DNA of 64,000 nucleotides from an uncultured delta proteobacterium (GTDB lineage Bacteria; Myxococcota_A; Polyangia; Fen-1088): NCBI GenBank assembly GCA_963824555.1, contig CAWGPW010000016.1, positions 291,109 to 355,108 of the forward strand, read 5' to 3'. Shown piece by piece: positions 54,518 to 64,000 of this stretch (position 1 is its first letter; each line of letters starts with the position of its first letter). The notes under the pieces were generated by a model. It saw only the letters and a program-made list of their open reading frames with translations, ran no database searches and was not told where the DNA came from. The position numbers and the translations under genes were made by a program.

Positions 54518-55810
54518 CTAGAACGCGAAATACGGCCCCGCGCCGGCGGGGGTGGCCTTGCCCTCGATCGCGGTGTAGACGGAGCGGCCGAAGTAGAAGG
54601 GCAGTCCCCAATCGAAGCCGGGCACGGTGGTGTCCGTGGGGAATCCCGGCATGGGCCCGGCCAGGTTGCTGAATGCGAAAGCCGAAGCATTCAATTTCGC
54701 TGCGCTGGCGACGCTGAACGCAATCGCGGTGCTGGCCCCGTTGCTCGACAACAGCGCCGCGCTCAAGCTCGTCGTCGAAGTTGGGCAGTAAAACGAGTTC
54801 AGGTTGCCGGTGCACTGCTTGAGACTCGTCGTCGCGCTGTTGAGAAAGAACAGACCGTTCGAGCCGCTGTCCAGATAGCTCGTGTAGGTCGCCGCGCCTC
54901 CCACCGGGAAAGTGGTGCCGGCGAATCCCAGGGCATCGAGAGACAGCACGCTGGCGCTGCCGAGCCCGTTGTTGGCTTGCGTGCCGATCCCGAACGTCAG
55001 CACGCCGGGGACCGAGGGAGCGCCGCCGGCGGGAATGCTGGGCAATTGGATGATAGTGCCGTTGTTGTCGACGGGAAACGCGGCCACGGGATGCGCAACT
55101 TGCTGGGCGAGAGGAACGGAGGCAATGGCACACGACTGCGAGGTGCTGCAAGCATAGTATAGGCCCGGATTGAGACGTGACGATGCAGGCTGGGCACAGG
55201 CCGCGCCGCAGTCCTGCACGTCGATCCCGACCCCTAGAATGCCGTTCGCGGCCAAGGTCTGAAAATCGGTGATGGCACTCCCGGTGCAGGAGGCGGGCAT
55301 GGCAAAGGTCTTTTCGCCAATGAGCTGGACGGGCAGATGGATGGCCGATTCGAGTCCCAGCGTGACATCCGCCAGCCTCAGCGGGCCCCAAGCGGTTCCA
55401 TCGACAAAGGGCGTGCACTCGGCCAACGGCACGTTGCTCGCGTCCATGACCGAGGGCAAGGGCAGGGTCAACTCCGATTCGAGCACGCGTACGCCCACTG
55501 AGCCCGTGTCGACGAGCAGATGATCGAAAGTTTGGCAGGTGGTGGTGTCCGGCACGCAAAGCGTGACCGTGGCGAAAAGACCGTTGGTGTAGGGATTCTT
55601 CAGACCTGATGGCCCGGGATCCACCGTGACGGCGAGTGTGTTCGGGTCGGTCGCGCTCACGGTTCCACCCGCGCCGCCGGTCTGCCCAATCCCGTTGCCC
55701 ATCCCGCCAGTGGGATCGATGACGGGCCCGTCGCCCCCGCTGCAGTTGGCGAGCACAACCAGGGCCGTCGCCGCGACCAGAATCCTAGTCATGGCTGTCC
55801 TGAACAACAT
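54518..55810 (-). CDS. DUF3443-type lipoprotein with pepsin-like D(T/S)G motifs
   Basis: Lipobox VVLANC, plus LLVDTGSVG and SYLDSGSNG. The ATG at 55792 is an alternative start. Confidence 0.7.
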   Translation of the reverse strand: MLFRTAMTRILVAATALVVLANCSGGDGPVIDPTGGMGNGIGQTGGAGGTVSATDPNTLAVTVDPGPSGLKNPYTNGLFATVTLCVPDTTTCQTFDHLLVDTGSVGVRVLESELTLPLPSVMDASNVPLAECTPFVDGTAWGPLRLADVTLGLESAIHLPVQLIGEKTFAMPASCTGSAITDFQTLAANGILGVGIDVQDCGAACAQPASSRLNPGLYYACSTSQSCAIASVPLAQQVAHPVAAFPVDNNGTIIQLPSIPAGGAPSVPGVLTFGIGTQANNGLGSASVLSLDALGFAGTTFPVGGAATYTSYLDSGSNGLFFLNSATTSLKQCTGNLNSFYCPTSTTSLSAALLSSNGASTAIAFSVASAAKLNASAFAFSNLAGPMPGFPTDTTVPGFDWGLPFYFGRSVYTAIEGKATPAGAGPYFAF

Positions 55811-56282
55811 TCTCGGAGACGAAGCCGGCTGGGGTCAGGTCCGTCAGATAGACTTGGCCGAAGAAGGCGCGCTGGTGTCCGCCCATGACCACCACCATGC
55901 CCGGCAGCTCGATACGAGCCACCCCGCGCGCAATGCGCTTGCCCCGCGTGGCGGCGATGAACTTGTCGTAGTGGACGCCCATGATGTCGCGCAGGTTCGG
56001 CCGCCAGCCGCCCGACCAGGACACCGCGAACACCTTGCCGCTTCCCCCGACGAAGTGGCGCACCTTGGTGCCGGTGGGCAACGCCAGCTCGTGAATCGTG
56101 TAGTTGTCCTTGCGCCAAACTTGCAAGCTGGCATGCATGCGTGCCTGATACGCGGCCACCGCGGACACGTCGTCGCCCAACGCCGCATGCGCCGATGACG
56201 AAAAGTGAAGAAGCAGGGCCAGCGCCAGAACGGCGAACGGCCAATGACGCAAGCGACGAATGGCGCGGCAAAGGGGTTTCAT
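55785..56282 (-). CDS. DUF2844-like secreted protein
   Basis: Signal peptide MKPLCRAIRRLRHWPFAVLALALLLHFSSSAHA. Lies immediately upstream of, and overlapping, the DUF3443 gene. Trimmed from the 452-aa track ORF. Confidence 0.6.
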   Translation of the reverse strand: MKPLCRAIRRLRHWPFAVLALALLLHFSSSAHAALGDDVSAVAAYQARMHASLQVWRKDNYTIHELALPTGTKVRHFVGGSGKVFAVSWSGGWRPNLRDIMGVHYDKFIAATRGKRIARGVARIELPGMVVVMGGHQRAFFGQVYLTDLTPAGFVSENVVQDSHD

Positions 56283-56410
56283 GGCGAGATGGGAAAGCAT
56301 AGCAGCTGTTCTGGCCTGCAGCCGATACAGGCGTGCAACGATGATCACAAGGCACCCGCCAACCCGCCCCACCCCCGCGCTGCGCGCGGCCTCGCCATGC
56401 CCTCCCGCGC

Positions 56411-56884
56411 CTACGCGACCAGCATGCTCTCGGGGATCTGGACCGCGATCACGGTGCCCTCCGCGCAAAGCTCGCCATTCGCGGCGAGCTTTATGGCCAC
56501 GACGACCTTGCGCCCCTTGTGCTCGGTCACGCGTCCGCGCAGCAGGAGGGGCACGCCCATCGGCGTCGGCCTGCGATAATCCACGTGAAGCGACGCAGTC
56601 ACGAAGCGGAAAGCCGGCAAGGAACCCTGGGGCCGGTTCTCGGCGCGGTAGGCGGCGGCGGCGGCCGTTCCCGTGCCGTGGCAATCGATCAGCGATGCGA
56701 TGAGGCCGCCGTAGACGTACCCGGCCACCGCGGTGTGTTCGGTGCGCGGCTCGAACCGGCACACGGATTCCTCGCCCTCCCAGAAGCTGCGGATGTGCAG
56801 TCCCAGGGGGTTGAGACGGCCGCATCCGTAGCAAACGGCGTAGTCGTCGGGGTAGAAATCTTGGAAAGCGCGTTCGTCCATCAT
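56411..56884 (-). CDS. PaaI/hotdog-fold thioesterase
   Basis: CYGCGRLNPLGLHI…VYGGLIASLIDCHG…ASLHVDYRRPTP…L.G.V. Trimmed to ATGATG at 56884. Confidence 0.7.
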   Translation of the reverse strand: MMDERAFQDFYPDDYAVCYGCGRLNPLGLHIRSFWEGEESVCRFEPRTEHTAVAGYVYGGLIASLIDCHGTGTAAAAAYRAENRPQGSLPAFRFVTASLHVDYRRPTPMGVPLLLRGRVTEHKGRKVVVAIKLAANGELCAEGTVIAVQIPESMLVA

Positions 56885-56933
56885 GGCCCTCGGAGTAAAA
56901 TCGTGAGCGCCACAGTACCCATGGCGAGGTACC

Positions 56934-57548
56934 ATGCCAACACGAAACGGTCCAGGCATGAACCTCGAACCTCGATTGGTCGTGGAATGGCAGACTCCGG
57001 GTGGTCGGCTGCGCGGCTTCGAGCCCACGCGCGAGGAAATCGCTCGCTTTGCGCCCTTGCTCGCCGCCTTCTACAACGACGCCTACAACCGTTCGATGAT
57101 GGCCAACACGGTGGCCATGACCACGGACGAGGTGATCGAGCACTTCGAGGGGCTGCGGCGCAAGGGCGGCCGGCCGTTCCTGCTCGAACGCGACGGGGCG
57201 CTGTTGGGCGACGCGGATCTACGTCACATCACGGCCCGGACCGCCGAGTTCGCCATCCTGGTCGGCCGGCGGCCCGAGCAAGGCAAGGGCATCGGCACAC
57301 GCTTTGCGGTTCTGCTGCACGCCCTGGCCTATCGCGGCCTTGGCCTCGAGCGCGTCTTCGTCACCATCATCCCGGCCAACCTTCCCTCGCAGCGCTTGTT
57401 CTCCAAGATCGGCTACGCGCGCGACGATAGCCCCGCGGCGCGCGCGTTCGCCGACGACCCGACCGACCTCACCCTGTCCATGGTCCGCGCGACCTTCGAA
57501 GCTGCCCACACGGCGGCGCTGGACGAGATTCGCTGGTCTTTACGTTAG
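56934..57548 (+). CDS. GNAT-family N-acetyltransferase
   Basis: EFAILVGRRPEQGKGIGTRFAVLLHALAYRGLGLERVFVTIIPANLPSQRLFSKIGY (motif A Q/RxxGxG). Confidence 0.8.
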   Translation: MPTRNGPGMNLEPRLVVEWQTPGGRLRGFEPTREEIARFAPLLAAFYNDAYNRSMMANTVAMTTDEVIEHFEGLRRKGGRPFLLERDGALLGDADLRHITARTAEFAILVGRRPEQGKGIGTRFAVLLHALAYRGLGLERVFVTIIPANLPSQRLFSKIGYARDDSPAARAFADDPTDLTLSMVRATFEAAHTAALDEIRWSLR

Positions 57549-57631
57549 CATCAGTCAAATCCGACCCGCCAGGCCGGAATTGGTGCGCCTTGCTGTGCGG
57601 CCAGGCACAGGCGTGCTAGACCCATGGCGCG

Positions 57632-58801
57632 ATGAAGATCACCGACGTGAACCGATACAAGACTGAAACGGTCTGCGTTCAGGCGGGAACGCGCAAAGAC
57701 ACCACCTTCAATGCCGTCGCCGTTCCCATCTACGCGACCTCGACCTTTGCCTTCGAGGCGCCGGGCAAGACCAAGGGCTACGACTACAGCCGAACCGCCA
57801 ATCCCACGCGCTCGGCGCTGGAGGAATGCCTGGCCGCGCTCGAGGGCGGCGCCGGCGCCACGGCCACCGCGACCGGCATGGCCGCAGAGACCTCGGTCAT
57901 GGCGCTCTTTCCGGCAGGCAGCCACATCATCGCGGGCCACGACATCTACGGCGGCACCTACCGCCTCTTCGCCTCGATCCTGTCCGCACGCGGACTGACC
58001 TTCTCGTTCGTCGACATGTCCGACCCGCGCAACGTGCGCGAAGCCATCCGCCCCGAGACCCGCGCCATCTGGATCGAGACCCCGTCCAATCCCCTGCTCG
58101 GTCTGGTCGACATCGCCGCTATTTGTGCCATCGCGCGCAAGCACGGACAGCTCACCATTGTCGACAACACCTTCATGTCCCCGATATTCCAAAAGCCGCT
58201 GGCCTTGGGCGCCGACATCGTCGTGCACTCCACGACCAAGTACCTGAACGGCCACAGCGACATGGTGGGCGGCGCCATCATCTCGCGCACGCAAGAGCAC
58301 GCCGTCGCCGTGGCCGCCATGGTGAACGCGCTCGGAACCTGCTCGTCGCCCTTCGACGCATGGCTGGTGATGCGCGGGATCCGCACCCTGCCCCTTCGCA
58401 TGGCCGCGCACCAGCGCAACGCCATGGCCCTGGCCGAGTTCCTGGCCAGGCACAAGGCCGTCGAGCACGTCTACTACCCCGGCCTGCGCTCGCACCCGCA
58501 GCACCGTCTGGCCCGCAAGCAAATGCGCGGCTTCGGTGGCATGCTTTCGTTCGACATTCGCGGCGGCAAGAGGGCCGCGTTCCGCTTCATCCAGGCGCTC
58601 GAGATCTTCGCCTTCGCCGAATCCCTGGGGGGGGTCGAGTCCCTGGTCGAGCACCCCGAGACCATGAGCCACGCGTCGATGACCGCGGAGGCCCGGCGCG
58701 CCGCCGGCATCACCGGCGCCAACGTCCGCGTCTCCACCGGCATCGAGAACGCCGACAATCTGGTCGCCGACGTGGCCCAGGCGCTCAAGACGGTTGGCTA
58801 G
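57632..58801 (+). CDS. PLP-dependent trans-sulfuration enzyme (cystathionine gamma-synthase / beta-lyase family)
   Basis: YSRTANPT…, the lysine motif VVHSTTKYLNGHSD, and ESLGGVESL. Confidence 0.9.
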   Translation: MKITDVNRYKTETVCVQAGTRKDTTFNAVAVPIYATSTFAFEAPGKTKGYDYSRTANPTRSALEECLAALEGGAGATATATGMAAETSVMALFPAGSHIIAGHDIYGGTYRLFASILSARGLTFSFVDMSDPRNVREAIRPETRAIWIETPSNPLLGLVDIAAICAIARKHGQLTIVDNTFMSPIFQKPLALGADIVVHSTTKYLNGHSDMVGGAIISRTQEHAVAVAAMVNALGTCSSPFDAWLVMRGIRTLPLRMAAHQRNAMALAEFLARHKAVEHVYYPGLRSHPQHRLARKQMRGFGGMLSFDIRGGKRAAFRFIQALEIFAFAESLGGVESLVEHPETMSHASMTAEARRAAGITGANVRVSTGIENADNLVADVAQALKTVG

Positions 58802-58918
58802 CGGATTTCTTACCGCAGAGGGCGCAGAGACAGAAGAAGTCGTAGATCGGATCTGAGCTCCAGGAACCCTTTCTTCTCCGACCTCTGTGCTCTCTGTGCC
58901 TCTGTGGTGAAAATCCGC
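58801..58918. repeat. Imperfect palindromic element of about 118 bp (GCGGATTTCTTACCGCAGAGG … CCTCTGTGGTGAAAATCCGC)
   Basis: The outer 20-bp arms match 17/20 as reverse complements. The inner CAGAG/CTCTG sub-repeats also pair. Lies between the trans-sulfuration gene stop and secA. Confidence 0.6.
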
Positions 58919-59011
58919 TCCCCGCGCTGGCGGTGAATCCAGGGCTTGCAGGGGAAGGCTGGTACCCTTAGTTTATCGCTTCCCGCGCTTGGCGCGGGGC
59001 GGAAGGATCCC

Positions 59012-62017
<3,006 letters not shown>

Positions 62018-62080
62018 CGGACTGACCAGCCACGTAATCGCCTGCTTGGCGGAATCGGACTTACCCTCTAAGATCCACGT

Positions 62081-63301
62081 ATGACCAAGACGTACCGTCT
62101 GGGGGTGCTGTGCGCGGTTGCGCTCTTCGGGTGCAATTCAGATTCACCACCAGGCGCGAACGCGGCCCTGGACGTGACCTTGCCCGACTTGGCTCTTACG
62201 CGAATCCCGAACCTCTCGCTCATCCGCGCCGGAGACAGCTTCACCTTGGCCGGCTACGACGGTGTGCGAGTCCACTGGGGCAGGCTCTCGCTCGACGGCA
62301 AGACCTTGACCGAAGAGGCAGGTTTCCCGCTGGCCCAGCCGTGGGTTGGCCCGGTCTTCGCCGCGACGACCAAGGCCACCCCCGGCGATCAGCTGGTGGC
62401 CATCGTACTCGTGAACAGCGCAACGCCCAGTGGTGGATATGATGTCTCGGCCATTGCGCAGACCGTCGGGGACACGGCCTTCACCGCTCCGGTGCTGCTA
62501 GACCACTACCTGGCCGGCACCGACCCCAGCGCGGTGCAGCTTGCCGCCGGAGCAGCCACCACAGGCAACGTCGGCTTCGTCGCCTGGGGCGTTCCCGGCA
62601 TGGACATGTCGCCCAAATACCTGTTGTTACCCGCGGATGCGACGATCACGGGCGCGGCGTCTATTTCGGACATTCCCTCGAATTGGAACTGCCTGGCTAC
62701 AGCCAACAGCACGATTGGTCTTGGGCTCAGCGTCGTGGCTCCCGACTCGGCCTATCCAGGGACGTCCGACTTCGACACTTTCGAGGTGGGAGAAGACGGC
62801 GGTGGTGCGACTTCCATGACCTACGGGCTCGCCGTCGAGGTGCCGGACTGTCGCGCCGTTGGATCGCCCGGACCCTCGGGTTCCTTCGTCATGGCCTTTG
62901 AGACTAGCAACGCCATCGACTTCGCCATCTACTACCCGCCGCCGGACCCGACGGCTCCGGGCGCAAGCGGAAGCATCAGGCCTTATGACCCCGTGCTGTC
63001 CGCGTCCAGCTTTGGCGATCCGCTGAATATGCCGCACCCGGCATGGGCCGCTCCCGCCGGGGGCGGAGACATCTCCATCGGCCTTCAGCGTAACGGCGGT
63101 CCCGAGGTCTTTCGCTTCACCTACGACGCCATCCCCCATGGATCCCCACTGACCTTGCGCAGCGAAAAGGGCCAGACAGGTCCTGTCGCTTCGTGGGTCG
63201 GCCCGGATGCCACCTATGTCACGTACACTGACCAGACCAAGAGCGGCACCCCGGCGGTCAAGCGTTACTTCATGCGCGTCGAGAGCCCCGTTTTGCCATA
63301 A
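62081..63301 (+). CDS. Hypothetical lipoprotein
   Basis: Lipobox VALFGC. 406 aa. No family recognised. Confidence 0.6.
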   Translation: MTKTYRLGVLCAVALFGCNSDSPPGANAALDVTLPDLALTRIPNLSLIRAGDSFTLAGYDGVRVHWGRLSLDGKTLTEEAGFPLAQPWVGPVFAATTKATPGDQLVAIVLVNSATPSGGYDVSAIAQTVGDTAFTAPVLLDHYLAGTDPSAVQLAAGAATTGNVGFVAWGVPGMDMSPKYLLLPADATITGAASISDIPSNWNCLATANSTIGLGLSVVAPDSAYPGTSDFDTFEVGEDGGGATSMTYGLAVEVPDCRAVGSPGPSGSFVMAFETSNAIDFAIYYPPPDPTAPGASGSIRPYDPVLSASSFGDPLNMPHPAWAAPAGGGDISIGLQRNGGPEVFRFTYDAIPHGSPLTLRSEKGQTGPVASWVGPDATYVTYTDQTKSGTPAVKRYFMRVESPVLP

Positions 63302-63363
63302 CGCCATGGTCGAGCTGGGCCGGGAATAGCCCAGGACGCCCGGCGGTTGATCCCGTACCGAAG

Positions 63364-64000
63364 ATGTTCTTCCAACGCCGCACAGTACAAGCCGATTTCG
63401 AGCGGGAGGTCATGCCTCACCTGCAGGCGCTCTATGGCGTTGCCCTTCGCATGACCAAATCGGAAGGCGACGCCGAGGATTTGGTTCAAGACGCCATCCT
63501 GCGCGCCTACCGTTTCTGGGACGGGTTCGAGGCCGGATCCAATTGCCGGGCCTGGTTGATGCGCATCATGACCAACGTGTTCCGCAACCGCTACCGCGAA
63601 CGCGCGCGCGAGCAGGAGATTCTGAGCGAGGCCGAGAGCACCTCCGCCAACCTGGGACAGTTCCAGGGCTCGGCTCCACGCGACGCGGAAAGCGCCCTCT
63701 TCGGCCGGATGCTCTCGCGCGACGTGGAAAAAGCGCTCGAAACCTTGCCACCCGAGTTCCGACTGCCCGTCATCCTGGCCGACCTGGAAGACCTTTCCTA
63801 CAAGGAGATCGCGGACATCATGGAGTGTCCCGCGGGAACCGTGATGAGCCGGCTCTACCGCGGGCGCAAGTTGTTGCAAAAGCAGCTCGCGGACTACGCG
63901 TCTGTGCATGAGGCTGAGCAGACGACAGCGCCAGCGCCCGAAGCCGACAGCAAGCTCGTCGACTTTGAAAGTTTCCGACGCAAGAAGCAGGAAGGAGGGG
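63364..64000 (+). CDS. ECF (RpoE-like) sigma-70 family factor, 3' end beyond the window
   Basis: Not in the ORF track because there is no stop inside the window. Translated by hand: MFFQRRTVQADFEREVMPHLQALYGVALRMTKSEGDAEDLVQDAILRAYRFWDGF (region 2) and LSYKEIADIMECPAGTVMSRLYRGRKLL (region 4). ORF 63265..63909(-) is its antisense shadow. Confidence 0.85.
   Translation, partial: MFFQRRTVQADFEREVMPHLQALYGVALRMTKSEGDAEDLVQDAILRAYRFWDGFEAGSNCRAWLMRIMTNVFRNRYRERAREQEILSEAESTSANLGQFQGSAPRDAESALFGRMLSRDVEKALETLPPEFRLPVILADLEDLSYKEIADIMECPAGTVMSRLYRGRKLLQKQLADYASVHEAEQTTAPAPEADSKLVDFESFRRKKQEGG

Overview
This is a high-G+C window (about two-thirds G+C by eye) with gene content typical of Myxococcota: many Ser/Thr kinases, an FHA-domain sigma54 activator, lipoproteins and Cys-rich repeats. 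That taxon call is an inference only.

Layout:
- 1-31.8 kb is accessory DNA. It holds an HExxH metallopeptidase-like gene and a convergent HicA/HicB pair. Next comes an integrase / helicase / primase / XRE module that looks like a satellite or integrative-element remnant. A roughly 9.5 kb gene follows, encoding a lipoprotein-anchored TcB/TcC-type (SpvB, FG-GAP propeller, Rhs/YD cocoon) toxin with a low-G+C HExxH tip and a putative immunity gene. Upstream of it sit two sigma54 promoters with matching upstream palindromes, next to a divergent FHA-type sigma54 activator. The remainder holds two paralogous kinase / cyclase-like / STAND-ATPase / TPR giants flanking a DUF4143 ATPase and tRNA-Arg(CCG), an AT-rich island, and an IS200/RAYT-like HUH transposase flanked by inverted repeat arrays.
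- 31.9-34.8 kb is the most interesting locus. It is a three-gene operon: an antistasin-like Cys-rich lipoprotein, a Gly-rich repeat lipoprotein with one Tyr per repeat, and a radical SAM/SPASM enzyme.
- 34.8-39.9 kb holds translationally coupled GT-C-type membrane glycosyltransferase-like genes and a poly-proline membrane protein.
- 40-64 kb is mostly housekeeping: PP2C, an EXPERA-SDR-DUF1295 operon, amtB, ABC-2 transporter, DHOD-like, MerR-TPR, LD-carboxypeptidase, a DUF3443/DUF2844 pair, a trans-sulfuration enzyme, secA, and a partial ECF sigma factor that is absent from the ORF track.

Main caveat: many genes are broken by single-base frame switches, including at least three in essential secA. 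I therefore treat most interruptions as probable indel errors rather than biology, and I annotate merged gene spans. All family assignments come from motif recognition by eye; no searches were run.
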